NCBI GenBank assembly: GCA_964016885.1
Contig: OZ024740.1
Location: forward strand, 301,320,001-301,384,000
Length of the DNA: 64,000 bases
DNA from: Eledone cirrhosa
Lineage: Eukaryota
Direction: 5' to 3'
A model generated the notes under the pieces. That model was not told the DNA's origin. It was given only the letters and a program-made list of their open reading frames with translations, and searched no databases. Shown piece after piece: positions 43,741 to 57,903 of the stretch. The stretch's first letter is position 1. Every line of letters begins with the position of its first letter. Position numbers and translations under genes: made by a program.

Positions 43741-44261
43741 TAAACGAGTAATATATATGTGTGTGTGTGTGTGTATGCATGTACATGTATATAGGCTGTA
43801 AGTATGATTACATGTCGGGAACTGATTATGTGAGAGAGCATGTCTCCATCATACACACACGTGTCCACCCAAACCAATATCACCAACATACATTTCTGAC
43901 AAATTTTCCAAAACTATCCTTATTTTCATATTTACTGTTATCTCATTATTATCAAAATAATGGGATAACATTAAACCTCATTAGCCCCCACCGCCACCAG
44001 AGGCACAGCCGAATTATCTTTAATATAGAAAATTGTTGAAGGCATTCTTTATAAATTTAAGAGAGTTGATTCAGCTATAAGAAAAGAATTTGAAAAACAT
44101 CCTGCTATTATATTCATCAAAGGTCATTTATAGAAATGGAACCAATAGGATCACTTTTTCAACCCCTTTACTTAAACATTCTTTAAACAATCCAACACCA
44201 CCCAAATCAATTATCTTGCTGTTACCATTCACTATTTTCTGTATAAATATCTATCTATCTA

Positions 44262-44820
44262 TGGGGCTACGCCGAACAACTGCTGTCGCGGGTGGCGCCG
44301 ATTAAATTGACAGCCGAGTCCGTGATGACAATCAAACCGCCTCCCCTCTTCACAAAGGAAGCAAAGGCGGTTTTTCTGTGCGTAATAGCCATGTTGAAAG
44401 AGGTTGTTTGGTGGACACGATTGAAAGGTCTGAGGTCAGGCAACTTCCTCTCTGGCCATAGTCTGGTCTACTTCTTCCGATATCACTTCGGAAGAAGGAT
44501 AAGAATGGAGAGAGAGGTGCTTGGCCACAGGCAGTTTTATGAAAGGTGGGTGATAGTGGCGAGAATGGCTCGTGTAAATGGGCCTTCTCTGTATACCATC
44601 CTGTAGGTAAAGAAGTAAAGGAGAGGGGAGCACCTTCTCCATGTGCTCCCCGGGCAAAGGATTGCACACTTTTTCGGGGGTGTGTGCAACCCCCATCACG
44701 TCCCCTCCCTTTTGAGGTTATTTTCGATTATTTTCATGTTACACCCTTTTTACTCGATTATATGTAAACTCCCCCTTTGTATTTGTCCCTTCTTTTTATG
44801 CCTTTATGGTAAATAAAGAA
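44262..44820 (+). mobile_element. 5'-truncated copy (559 bp) of the Tx1-like LINE
   Basis: Near-identical to 50163-50721 (about 3 substitutions by eye); flanked by ATCT repeats on both sides. Confidence 0.97.

Positions 44821-44901
<81 letters not shown>
44821..44901. repeat. (ATCT)n microsatellite between the two LINE copies
   Basis: About 20 units, direct read. Confidence 0.99.
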
Positions 44902-44902
<1 letters not shown>

Positions 44903-45133
44903 TAATCTAGCTGTCGTCTGTTCTACAGTGTGGATGTCATTCACTTCGCACAGAAGTTTTGTTCAAATTTATTGAGGAAATTTTGTGAGTTCAAACTTTA
45001 TTTTGATACAATTGTGTAGCTTGACCCTCCGTCTGAACTGTCAGGCGGTGGGTCAGCTCATCTTTACCCCTACTAGAGGTGAAAAACCTGTTTTAAAAAA
45101 TTTTGTGTAAAAAATTTCAATCGTCTAACAGAA

Positions 45134-47036
45134 ATGTTAAACGCAGCGAACGAAAATAGTGGTGGGGGGACAGCGATAAGAGTTGTAAGCTCGCACGCTT
45201 TAGTCCTCCCTTCCTTCCCAACTAACGTCATAGAGAAGGAAGGAAAAATGAAAATAAAAACGGACGAATCTGCGGAGAAAAAATTAAATGACGAAAACAT
45301 AAATCTGGACTTGGATTCCAACAACGAAAAAAAAAAATTTGAAAAATTGCATGACAATACTAATAACACAAACAAAGACACAACAAACAAAAAAATAACA
45401 GTTGAAAATAACACCATATCAGAAAACAAAGCAGACGACAAGATTTCATTTGCACAGAAAACAAAGAAATCTTTGACTTATATAGCGGAAAACATTTCAG
45501 ATGTGGTACGAAGGATCACGGACGCAAAACAATACATAAGTGAAGGTGAGAATGGTATTTTATTGGTAAAAATGCCTCAAGAATTCACGAAAGACATTGA
45601 AAGCCGAACGGTCAAGTTTCGGACCATCAACAACAGTACAAAAAAACCTGAACAGCCTTCTCAAGCAGATATCAAAACAGTACTCACAGAAGTACTGAAT
45701 GAAACAACTTTCATAAGAAAAGACAGACTGTATGGAAGCCTAGCAATTATCATGAAGAACGAATCGGCGGCAAAAAAATGTGCTTTGTCACCGATTCGTT
45801 CGAAAAATTTCACCTTTTATCCATCTTATATGGGAAAAAAAACTCAACGCATATGGCTGGATGCAATGATGCCAGATGTGGACTACTGCTGGCTCATAGC
45901 TGGCTTCATCGATCCAGTGAATGACAACGTGATTTCCATTGGGAAAACCACAGGCAATGCGTTCAGTGGAACAGGTATAGAGCTGGTAGTACAAATGAAG
46001 CCTGAACGCATCGCCCAAATACCCGACAGAATCCTATTAGAGGACCACGGGTATATAAACATTAGCGTGGAGGGGAGAAGGCCGTCCTGCCATATCTGTG
46101 CAGGCAGAGGGCACCTGAAGGCCGCTTGTCCCCAACTCAACAAAAAGAAAACCCTGCTACCAACACCAGCTCCACCACCACCACCACAACAGATAAACAA
46201 ACAACAAAACTCAGTCCCACCCAACCTGTCCCTCAGTAAAACCACAACACCACCACAACACAAACAGTCACAACACATTACCCCAAAACAAAATACAGGC
46301 CCACCCAACCTCTCACTCAATAAAACAACACAACCACCGCAGACACAACACACAACACAGTCTAACATAGTGACATCCATCTCCCCCACAAAGAAAACCA
46401 ACACGGAAACATTACCAGCAAACATACCTCTTCCCTCCAACACTGAAGATAACCCAACGAATTCGGAGGAAGAAACGGAGTCCTTCAGACAGATTAAAAG
46501 GAAAAAAAGAAAACATGTACAAAACACACAAGGACAAACAACCCCCACCCAAATCGCAACACAATCCAACAAAACAGAAAACACCCCTCCAGCAACAAAC
46601 AAAACCAAACCTGCCCCTCCCCTCTTCGAAACACTCACACCATCGGAAAAAAAAGACATTACACTATACTTACATCAACAGAAACAATAATAAATTAAAT
46701 GAACTCATATACAATAATCCTTCGGTACAAACCGAAGGTGTAAACTTTGTTTCGTCAGAAAACCACCCACATTTAAAACTAATAAAAATCCCAATGAACC
46801 TCTACCAAAAACTAAAAAAGGATTTTAAGGAGGACGTAGGACAACCCTCTGTCAAACCCATAAACCGCGTCCTACTAAAAAGCTTTCCCCCTCCCCTTCC
46901 CCTCCCCAACACAACTCCAAACACCCCAACCCCACCACACACTGACGACCCCACATCACCACAAGACACCCCTTCACCCAACACCCCCGACCCCATGGAA
47001 GTCGTGCAACCCGAACCCCGGGAAGCGGAAAGGTAG
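45134..47036 (+). CDS. LINE ORF1 (gag-like, zinc knuckle, Pro/Thr-rich), split by one frameshift near 46680
   Basis: CHICAGRGHLKAAC (CX2CX4HX4C); the 518-aa ORF 45134-46690 is continued by an overlapping frame to 47036. Confidence 0.85.
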
Positions 47037-47069
47037 GTCTCTACACTCTCCTTTGGCTCTGCCGCCCAC

Positions 47070-50000
47070 ATGGATGTGTTAAGAGTAGGATGTTTGAATG
47101 CACGTGGCCTGGGCTCAACTTGGAAGCAAGCAAAGCTTCTAAATGACCTCAGGTCATGTAGTATAAATGTAATGGTTATCTGTGAGACTCGAATCAGTGT
47201 CATGCGGCAGCTGGCCCCCACCTTCGATGACTTTGAGGTGCATGCATCTCTCTGTCAACCTGGAGGTGGGGGTGGGGTTGTCGTACTGCTGCAAAAACAC
47301 CTGGGTCTTGACGTACAGGTTGTGCACTCGGACCCGGAGGGTCGTTTGTTGGTGCTAGACGTTGGCAGTAGTGAAAGTGCGGCCTTGAGACTGGTCGCCG
47401 TCTACTCCCCTTTCGGAGCTGAACGGCCCGACTTCTTCCAGCGTTTAGAGACTTTTCTGGGAACGTCGCGTTCCCTGCTTCTAGCGGGGGATTGGAATGC
47501 CATCCTGGATGCACGTTGGGACTATGCAGGAGCATGTCCTAATAGAGGGGGGTGTAACAGCCTCAAGGGGTTACTCGACCGTTTTAACTTGGTCGATAGA
47601 TATCGACTAGATTTTCCAACTGTGCCTACCTGGACTTGGAGAAACCACAGTGGTCAATCTAGATCGTACTTAGATAGATTCTTAGTTAGAAGTAAGGATA
47701 GGGACATATTAAGCTGTCCAGAAATGCGCACGGTTGGCTACACGGATCACAAATTAGTGACCTGCGTGGTCAATCTCGAGAAAACACATAGACAGGGTCC
47801 CGGTTACTGGAAACTTAATTTGTCTCTACCGGCAAAAGAGACTTACAGAAACCGGATTAGCAGATTAGTTAAGGAGAGGTTGACGGGTGCAATCGTCAAC
47901 AACCGATGGTGGGCATCTCTCAAAAGAGAGATTAGAACAGAATCAATAAGTTATAGCAAGATGTTAGCTGCCGATAGGAATAGAAACGAGAAAGAATTAA
48001 CAGGTAAATTAGAAGAGGCAATCAAGAGCGAAGATGTGGCCAGAGTGCTGGCATCGAGGACGGCCTTGAACCAGTTTTTCGATGCAAAGCATGAAGACTG
48101 CGTCATTCGAAGTAAAATACGTGCTCTAGGTAATGAGGGGGCCAAAGCCGTTGGATGGGCCCTCGTGACAGAAGCTAGGAGTGGAAATCGATCCACCATC
48201 CGGTCGTTGCAAGACGAAGATGGACGAGTGATCCGGGAGCCTAAGCAGATGTGCGAGGCCTTTCAAAAGCACTTTGCCCGATTGTTCGAGGGAGGCGAGG
48301 GTCCGGGCCGGGGCGTGGATTTCGGTCCATAACTCGACGGCCTGCCGCGTCTCTCGAACAAAGAGGCAAAGTCCTGCGAGGGACCAATCTCGGCTGATGA
48401 GATCGGAGATGCGCTGAGCCAATGCAGCAGACGCAAATCTCCAGGTCTCGATGGTATACCTTACGAACTTTATTTAGCAATGCCGGTCTTCTTCTCCGAA
48501 CTCCTCGAAGCGGTCTACTGCAATTGGCAGCAGAACGGGAGAATTCCTTGTTCTGTAGCCAAGGGCGTAGTCACGCTGGTGAGGAAGGACGAGAACAAGG
48601 GGGATAGTATAAATAATTTTCGGCCCATAACCCTGCTAAACACAGAGTTAAAGATTTTGGCCAAGGTGTTAGCAAAGAGGTTGGCGCTTGTCGTGGGTGG
48701 CCTGGTGGGAGATGCACAGACATGTGCTATCCCATCCAGGTCCATTCACGATAACCTCCACCTCATGCGATACATCATAGAGAGGGTTGGCAACAAACCC
48801 GGCTTCGGTGGGGCCCTGATCAACTTGGATCAGTCTAAGGCCTTCGATAGGGTCGACCATGGTTACCTGGATGCGGTGCTAGCGGCGGCTGGGTTCGGTC
48901 CTGTTTTCAGAGGCTGGATCACTGCCCTACATAGCAACCACATCTGTTCTATGATCAAGGTGAACGGCTACCTTTCGAAGCCGTTCGAAATCACACGATC
49001 CATTCGACAGGGGTGCCCTCTCTCCTCCCTTCTGTACGTATTGACTCTCGAGCCTTTACTGAGGAAGTTGGAGTTGTTGCAGGGTATCCCCCTGGAACCA
49101 GGATTGAGCAAAGCGGTGTCGGCCTACGCCGATGACGTAACAGTAATGGTATCAACCGACTCGGAGATCGAGGCGATCGGTACCTTACTGGAGGAGTACG
49201 AAAGGTTGTCAGGAGCGAAACTGAACCGGGAAAAATCCATCGGGCTGCAACTCGGAACGTGGAGAGGCAAACCGATGCCTCCTGACGGTGTCGTCGGACA
49301 CTGGACGGAGGGCCCGGTAAAGTTGCTTGGGGTCTGGTTTGGACCGGACCTCCAGGTGGAAAAGAACTGGAACGAGGTTACGAACAAGGTGTTTGCACTA
49401 ACCCAGAAATGGGCCAAGTGTAAGCTGTCCCTAAAAGGCCGGGCGGAGGTGGCGAACATTTACATAAAGTCCGTCACTTACTACCGCCTGACTGTCGTGC
49501 CTTGCCCTAAGGAAACACTCACCACCATGGAACGCATGCTCTTCCAATTTCTTTGGAAGAAGCGTCCTCCTATGGTGAGAAGATCCATCTGCTGCCAACA
49601 ACCTTCGAAAGGAGGGCTGGGGATGCCGTAGTTGATGATGCGTAGGCACGCATTAAGGCTACGGCACCTACAGGTATTCCTCACTGGTCAACCGGTGTGG
49701 GCTCCGTTCGTGAAACGAGCCTTTCCGAGACTCGTCTCACTCACCGAGCTACAGTCCTGGGTCAAGCAAAGATCCGGAAAACTGGGAGAATGGCACACTG
49801 AGTGTGCTCAGGCGCTCAGGGCTCTCTGGCAAGCGGGCCAGGCCATCGGTGGAGAATCCACCTCATCATTCTATAGAGGGCTGGTGGCTAGCAGGGGCGA
49901 TGACACCCTTGGAGAGTCGCTGGACATGGAAGAAGACGAACTGGCCAGCCTGTTCGGTAGGACTTTCGGCCCAGGACCAATGGACAACTTCCAGAAGTCA

Positions 50001-50507
50001 CTGGCCTGGCAGTGCTACCGAGGGGCTCTACCCGTTCGAGAGAGGCTCTACAGACACGGGCGCCCGGGCAGGGATCCCTCAAAAAAGATTTGCCCTAGAT
50101 GCGTGCGTCACGAAGAAACCGTAGCGCACGCATTGGTGCAATGTCCGGGCGTGGCTGATCTGTGGGGCTACGCCGAACAACTGCTGTCGCGGGTGGCGCC
50201 GATTAAATTGACCGCCGAGTCCGTGATGACAATCAAACCGCCTCCCCTCTTCACAAAGGAAGCAAAGGCGGTTTTTCTGTGCGTAATAGCCATGTTGAAA
50301 GAGGTTGTTTGGTGGACACGATTGAAAGGTCTGAGGTCAGGCAACTTCCTCTCTGGCCATAGTCTGGTCTACTACTTCCGATATCACTTCGGAAGAAGGA
50401 TAAGAATGGAGAGAGAGGTGCTTGGCCACAGGCAGTTTTATGAAAGGTGGGTGATAGTGGCGAGAATGGCTCGTGTAAATGGGCCTTCTCTGTATACCAT
50501 CCTGTAG
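47070..50507 (+). pseudogene. LINE ORF2: apurinic endonuclease + reverse transcriptase + C-terminal zinc-binding domain, with two in-frame stops
   Basis: CLNARGL, ICETR, LAGDWNA, SYLDRF, TDHKLV (APE); FRPITLLN, LDQSKAFDRVDH, IRQGCPLS, AYADDV (RT); CPRC...ETVAHALVQC. The three ORF pieces share one frame, with stops at 48330-48332 and 49629-49631. Confidence 0.96.
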
Positions 50508-51914
50508 GTAAAGAAGTAAAGGAGAGGGGAGCACCTTCTCCATGTGCTCCCCGGGCAAAGGATTGCACACTTTTTCGGGGGTGTGTGCAACCCCCATCAC
50601 GTCCCCTCCCTTTTGAGGTTATTTTCGATTATTTTCATGTTACACCCTTTTTACTCGATTATATGTAAACTCCCCCTTTGTATTTGTCCCTTCTTTTTAT
50701 GCCTTTATGGTAAATAAAAAAATCTATCTATCTATCTATCTACATATCTATATATGTGAATGCAAATTTACGATTCTGTGTGTCCGCCTAAAACTAGCAA
50801 ACTACCGGACCAAACACCTCAAAATTACATGTACATATTCATTATACACTTGGACAGGTAACGCTCGAAAAAGATTTACTTTGCAAAGCAATTTTTTCTT
50901 ATTTCCTAATGACTATCAAAAGTGATCATCCATTTTGTTCTTTTATTTTCTCCAGTCTGTAGATAAGAGCGTGAGGGATGGGACAGAGAGAGAGAAAGAG
51001 AGAGAGATAGTAAGGGGATGTGAGAGAGAAAGAAAGAGAGTAAGGGGATGAGAGATAAAAACAACGAAAGAGAGAGAGAGGGAAAGTAACCAGCGTTCTT
51101 AACTTTTATTTATTTATTATTTTTAATCACTTTTTAACTCTCCCGCTTCCTTAACGTTATTTATCTTTTCTTTATTTTTTGTTCTCTATTCCGTAGAGAG
51201 AGGGGGGATGTGAGAAAAAAATAACAAGAGAGAGAGAGAGAGAGAGTAATGGGATGGGAGAGAGAGAGAGAGAGGGAAAGTGGCTAGCGTTAAGTAACTT
51301 TTATTTATTTATTATTTTACACACTTCTTAACTCTCCCAATATTATTTATCTTTTATTTATTTGTTGTTTGCTATTGTGTAAGGATGAGAGAGAGAGAAA
51401 GAAAGAGAGGAGATGAGAAAGAGAAAGGGAGTGAGGTGGATGGGGAGAAAAAGACAATAAGAAAAGAGAAAAGATAGGAGAGAGAAAAACAAGTAAAGTG
51501 GTAGGTGAGAGTGAGGGTGATTGGAGGGATTCTTTATCTAACGTGTATCCGCGTTTATATATATATATGTTTACACACACATATGTTATAGGGGGTGGAC
51601 GTTCTTTAGCAGACGATATATGTTCCATCAAAGCTTATTTTCTACATATATCTAAAGAAATCACAGATGCTTTTATAGAAGTTGTATATATGTATGTATA
51701 CAGACAAAAAAAAAAATGTTTTTTTTTAAAGATATTATTTGAATATATTATTTTCCGCTGTTATTTGAATTAATACAAACAGTTTTTTGGGATACAATCT
51801 GAAATCCTAATATTTACTACATATGTCTAAAATTAATTACACCTAATATACATTAATATAAACAGATCATTTAAAACAAATTTACTGAGTGAACAATACA
51901 TTCTATGGTGTGTA

Positions 51915-52180
51915 ATAATTGTTTCTACTTTTGGCACAAGGCCAGCAATTATTCCAGTGCATTACTGGTAATGTATTTTGTCGTGTGGTGTGTAATAATT
52001 GTTTCTACTTTTTGGCACATGGCTAGCAATTATCACAGTGTATTACTGGTACTTAATTTTATCGACCCCATAAGGACGAAAGACAAAGTTAACCTCGGCG
52101 GGATTTGAACTCAGTCCGTAAAGGGACGTAACTGTGCTACAAAGCATGGCGTCCAACCCTCTACCGATACTGCCAATCCT
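51915..52180 (-). mobile_element. SINE copy (51993-52180) plus an adjacent duplicated 3' tail (51915-51975)
   Basis: Reverse complement of the SINE; TGGTGTGTAATAATTGTTTCTACTTTT occurs twice; TGTGTAATAAT is repeated at ~52184. Confidence 0.88.
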
Positions 52181-52204
52181 CCTTGTGTAATAATATCACT
52201 TCAA

Positions 52205-54734
52205 ATGCCTGGAAAATGTTCCAGATCATTATTTGGAAGGTCATCTTCAGAGGCTAAGAGGAAGTAAACACAGCGATCTGAAGAAAGTGAAGAAGTTCGG
52301 CATGCCCTTCTAGCTGCTAACAGAGCCCAAACAGCTTTAGCACGAGCATACCATTTGGATGAAAGGGAACAAATGACTGCTGCTACACGAGAACAACAAA
52401 TTAAGGAACAGCAGCAAATCAGACGAAATGCTAATCAAGCACATCGTTTCTACTGCCCGAGCAGGAGAACAAGCCACATGTAAAATGAACTGGCTGATGG
52501 GTGCTTTTTCTTATGACCCCCAAAAGGACTACAGCATTAATCCACAAATCAACATTGGGAAAATGAACACATGCTGCCAGTATTGTGGTGCCAACAAGTG
52601 GGCAGCAGAAACACCAAGTCTCTGCTGCTCAAAAGGCAAAGTGAGCCTTAAAACAATACAAGAACCTCCTGAATTTCTGAAGAATCTGCTCCTTCAGCAT
52701 ACACCAGAAGCACGACACTTCAATAAATACATCATAAAATATAATTCTGCCTTTCAAATGACTTCTTTGGGGGCTGATAGGAATGTGATTGACTTTAGAT
52801 TATGTACAACTTATAAAATTCAGGGACATTGTTGCCACTTAATGGGTGGCCTTCTGCCACTTTCACAGGAGCCTCACACATTTCTGCAGGTATACTTCAT
52901 GGGTGGAAATGAAACACAGGCACAACAAAGATGTATTAATGTCCATGGTGGATTGCAGTTCTGCATAGTCATAAAGTTACAAGAAATGCTTCACCAACAT
53001 CACATGTATGTCAGTGTATTTAAATATGCACTGGAGCATATGAACAACACCAGAGATCGTAAAATCATCATTAGGGCAGACAAACACCCAGCCTCAGAAC
53101 ATGAACGCAGATTCAATGCATCCGTCACTGATGAAGTTGCAATCATAATGGTTGATGAACAGCATGAACGACGTGGCATAGTTTTGCAAAAGCAAAGTGG
53201 ACATTTGGGGCGAATTTGTGAAACTCATAGGGCCTATGATTCACCCCAATATCCGCTCAACTTTTGGAATGGTCAAGATGGATATCATTTTCAGCTACAG
53301 CAGATCAGCCCAGGAACGGGACAAGCAACTGGTCGATCAATCAGCTGCAAGGAATTGTATGCTTAACATTTCATGGTACATGGTCACTTCAACCAAGTTC
53401 TGCGATTCAAAGAAGTAACCAGCCAGTTTATGGTGGACATGTATGCCAAAATTGAAACAGAAAGACTGGGTTTTCTGCGTAGGAATCAAACTAAATTGAG
53501 GGCAGATAACTACATCCACCTTAGAGATGTTATCAATTCTGATGTTAACCCAAGAAATATTGGGCAGCTAGTCATACTACCATCAAGCTTCACGGCCATT
53601 GCATCTTGCCTACGTTCATGTATGCATGAACGTAGGCAAGATGCAATGGCCTATGTCAGAAAATTTGGTCGGCCAGATCTCTTCATTACATTTACATGCA
53701 ATTCAAACTGGTCAGAAATATCAAATGAATTATTTCAAAATCAAAAACCAAAGGATCGACATGACCTCATTGCTCAGATTTTACATGAAAAACAAAAAAA
53801 ATACTCATATGGCTCCTAACAAAAGGAAGAATCTTTGGTGAGCTTAGTGATTGGATGACCACTATTGAGTGGCAGAAGAGAATTCTTTCTCACTCTCACA
53901 CACTAATCTGGTGCAAGGAGACGATAAGACCAGATGATCTTGAAAAGATCATTTCAGCGGAGTTGCCTGATAAAGGTGGTGACCCAGAGCTCTTTGAAAC
54001 CATCAAGTCCAAACTCATTCATCGTCCATGTGGAGTCATCAATCCAGCTTCTCCCTGCATGAAAGATAAAAAATGCAGCAAACATTACCCTAGAGCTTCT
54101 TATTCGGGAAACTCGGACTGTTAATAATGGACACCCCGTTTTATCGTAGGCGTAGACCAGAACATGGAGGCAATACTGCAAGCCTAACAGTTCGAGGAGA
54201 GGAGCTGGCCATAAACAATCAGTGGGTCGTCCCACACAACAAATTGTTGTGTAATCGTTTAAAAGCTCATATCAATGTTGAGTATTGCAGCTCCGTCAAC
54301 GCAATCCTATATGTCACAATATATATCAACAAGGTCAGTGACATGGCTACCTTTATTAGTGACAAAGATCTCAATGATGATGGGCTGGATAAGGTCAAAC
54401 GGTATCAAACAGGTCGATACATCTCCAGCAATGAAGCTATCTGGCGAATCTTTGTATTTGATATCCACCACACCACCCAACAGTGGTCAACCTTGCAGTC
54501 CATCTGGAAAATGGACAGAGAGTGTACTTCACTGAAATCACTGCTCATCAGTTGGCTCAAGCATCACATGACACTATACTAACTGCTTTCTTTAAACTCT
54601 GCCAGCATGATGAATTTGCTCGATCCCTCCTATATCCTGAAGTCCCAACATACTACACCTGGACCAATTGCAACACCTGGAATCGAAGAAAACAGGGTCA
54701 TTTAGTGGAAGATCATGAAGTCAAGTCAAGTTAG
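52205..54734 (+). pseudogene. Helitron RepHel pseudogene (zinc finger, helitron_like_N, HUH Rep; helicase missing)
   Basis: IGKMNTCCQYCGANKW..E...CCSKGKV; YNSAFQMTSLG; FMVDMYAKIETERL; GRPDLFITFTCN (motif 1); EWQKRILSHSHTLIW (motif 2); NQWVVPHN...AHINVEYC...YINK (motif 3); RYISSNEAIWRI; LAVHLENGQRVYF. Multiple stops and frameshifts. Confidence 0.95.
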
Positions 54735-54735
54735 C

Positions 54736-55731
54736 TATTTGAAGGAATAACAGATAAATGTCACATACTATCCTCTGTGAGGAACAGTCAGATAAAATTT
54801 ACCCAGTCTTTCCTCTTAGTCAGTTGAAATTAACTAGAAAAATAATCAATTAAACGGAGCTATCTCTAAAATGCAAGGTTGAAGAAAAAGTGTATATAAA
54901 TCTTACCAGAGTTCTTCCAGTCCCGACTATCGATATTTTCGCTCGTACTTTGTGGATATGTCCAATCCTGGTATTATCATTGAGGCTTCGAGCTTCTCAA
55001 GAGTCTCCCTCAGTTTGGCCTAAAATTTCTAAAGTGATCGCCGTCAGAAATGAATTCAAATGGTGTGAGAATCATCACCATGCCAGCGGTCAACTTAGAA
55101 AGGTTTGAAGGGTAGGCCGAATGGCAGGAAGGTTCACTCCTTGAAGGATCAGTTAGTTACCACCTAAGGTTTACTCAACCAAAAGGGTGTATCGAATAAA
55201 TTCATAAGGATATATATGTATATATTTAGACATAGTCGTAGATACATATGAGTGTGGCTACCTTCCGCTGTGTGGCTCTATTTAAAAATGAATTAAGCAA
55301 ATAATTATTAATCAGAGCTATATCAAATTATAAGTTTGAAGAACAGTCAGACAAAATATATCCAATTATTCTCCTCATTAGTCTGTGGACGTCATCCAGA
55401 TAAATAATAATTTAAACGGAGCTGAGATTAAAATGTAACTTTGAAGAAATAACAGATAAATGTCACAGACTATCCCCTGTGAGGATAGTCAGATCAAATT
55501 TACCTAGTCTTTCCTAGGTAAATTAGCCCGTAGAAATTAATGATACAAATGAAAAATTTAAGTTTAAATCTATGAAAAAAGTAATTAAGCAAACAATTAT
55601 TAATCAGAGCTATTTAATAATTATTTGCTTAATTATTTTTTTCATATAGCCACACCTTGGAAGGTAGCCACACTCATATATGTATCTGTGACTATTTCTA
55701 ATATATACATATATATCCTTATGAATTTATA
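54736..55731. repeat. Composite repeat: degenerate ~120-bp tandem units plus inverted arms 55197-55320 / 55608-55731
   Basis: GAATAACAGATAAATGTCACA.ACTATCC.CTGTGAGGA.AGTCAGAT.AAATTTACC occurs at ~54744 and ~55446; ATGAGTGTGGCTACCTTCC is inverted at GGAAGGTAGCCACACTCAT. Confidence 0.85.
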
Positions 55732-55737
55732 TATATT

Positions 55738-55775
<38 letters not shown>

Positions 55776-56896
55776 TGTATTTGGCAATATACCGTATGTT
55801 TAATTAAAAATATTTTGAAGACCTTACCCTATCAGTTTTAAAGTAGTGACAATGTCACTTAGTTCTTTTCGGCGAAAAAAGGCAGAGAAGCTAACAGTTT
55901 CTTTCATGCTGTTGGCAATCATCACCTACGTACTGCCCTCTTCCGCCGAAAATTATAGAAGCTGGATTCTTATGGAATTCCAGTAATAACCAGGCGCTGA
56001 TTATACAGAGAGATTGCCGTTCCAGCAAAAATTAAGTATCAGGATTGGTGCTCTGAAATAGCGATGTATACATGAATGTAGGCATAGTATATACGGTACA
56101 TTGCCAAATACACTATGCATACATTGATGTATACATCGCTATTTCAGAGCACCAATCCTAATATATATATATATGAATGTGTGTGTGTGTGTGTATGTGT
56201 GTGTATGTGTGTGTGTCTGTATGTGTGTGTGCTTTAATTACTTTAAATCTTCATTAAAAGTCCTTCAATCCCACACTCATCACCCCCCCCCCCTAGGCAC
56301 ACAAATCTCTCTTATATATAGAGTCAAACATCACAACACAACCTCTCAATTTGACCATCGCCACCGACGAATGCGAGAATCTTCTCCAGGAAAGTTAACC
56401 AGAAATCTTTAAAAACCTTCCCACCGAAGTTAACAAAGAACTTAGTAGGTCTGCCAACTCATAAAATTATAAAATTAAATCAAATTGATGCTTTTAAACT
56501 ACTCGAGATCAACTGAAACTCAGTTGCAGATAAGCCCGCTTAGAGTAGGAGCAGATATGTATTCTTAAGCTTTTCATCTATATACTACTAAAACTCTGTG
56601 ATAGCTTGTGTGCTTGCTTTCTTGTGTGTAATGTAATACAGCCAAAAATGATGCATAGTGGGAAAATACTCTAAAAGGGAGTTGGCCCTGAAATCCGAAA
56701 CAAATGGAAGAAAACAAGTTTAGCGCAGATCGGTTGACGGTTCCCGAGAAACGGGGTGTTACCCGGTACCTACACAAATATATAGAGATTGAGAGAGAAA
56801 CATAGAGAGGTGGAGAGAAAGAGATAGAGAAGGAAAATGGAAGAGAGAGAGAGAGAAAGCAAGTGGTGTTGTTGAATGAAAATTACAACAGGTGAC

Positions 56897-57081
56897 TTCA
56901 ATGAAACGAATACAGCATTACTGTATCCTGGTAAATAGAAAGGGTTTCTAAGTGTGTGTGCCTGTATGTCTCTGTGTGACAGGTGTATATAGGTCACAGA
57001 CACTCGGATAAACACACGCACACACACACACCCACATACACCCCCCCCACACACATATATATTTATATATATATACATATT

Positions 57082-57136
<55 letters not shown>

Positions 57137-57250
57137 ATGCGGGTGTCTGTGACCTATATACATCTGCCACACAGAGACATACAGGCACACACACTTAGAA
57201 ACCCTTTCTATTTACCACGATACAGTAATGCTGTATTCGTTTCTTTGAAA
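56897..57250. repeat. Fold-back palindrome centred on a (CA)n-(TA)n-(TG)n tract
   Basis: GAAACGAATACAGCATTACTGTATC...TAGAAAGGGTTTCTAAGTGTGTGTGCCTGTATGTCTCTGTGTG is inverted at 57168-57243. Confidence 0.95.
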
Positions 57251-57762
57251 TTGGAAGGCCCATATATATATATATATATATAATATATTACCCCCTCCGC
57301 CTCCGTGGTATTTTCTTCGGGGTTATAAGAGGCTTAGCTCTGTTTCTTGACCGTTATATCGCGTGACTATCTCCCCCTCCGCCTTTTGGGATTCTTTCTC
57401 ACGTCGTGTAGACGCGTTCTTGAGACTAGTAAAATGAGGTATCCTCTTGATAAGTCGGCAGACCTCGCAAGGACTCTATATCTTTATGATGTATTGTTTT
57501 TGTTTATGCCACGAAACTACGTAGTCGAGGAATCTAGGAGCAGTTTAGGTATGATACATTTTATTACTAATTATATCTAAATGTTTCTTCTCTCTTCATA
57601 ATGTATTTTTAACTCTGATACTGGTTCAGTCTAGTTCAACCGGATTGGTCTGTCCCAGTCATTCATTGAGCAACATCGGTGAAGTTGGCACCCTTAACTC
57701 ACGGTTGGGTGCGGATGCATTCATGTATATGTGTGTGTCCGCATGTATCTGTGTGTTTCTAA

Positions 57763-57832
<70 letters not shown>

Positions 57833-57903
57833 GAAGGAAATGTGGTAAGGAACCAGGTGGACCATAACGCACCAAAGTACTCAATACTTAGAGTAGAGTG
57901 GGT

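Larger units (their letters stand above)
44902..50722 (+). mobile_element. Full-length Tx1/L1-group non-LTR retrotransposon (~5.8 kb)
   Basis: 5' UTR, ORF1 with a CCHC knuckle, ORF2 with APE-RT-zinc finger, and a 3' UTR ending AATAAAAAAA, all bounded by (ATCT)n. Confidence 0.95.

Noticed and set aside
45073-50668. Antisense and alternative-frame ORFs over the LINE (e.g. 45883-46659 minus)
   Set aside because: Shadows of the compositionally biased LINE ORFs.
44262-50722. LTR retrotransposon suggested by 559-bp terminal direct repeats
   Set aside because: The repeat is the ORF2 3' end plus UTR, separated from the element by (ATCT)n; the enzymes are APE plus non-LTR RT, with no integrase or PBS.
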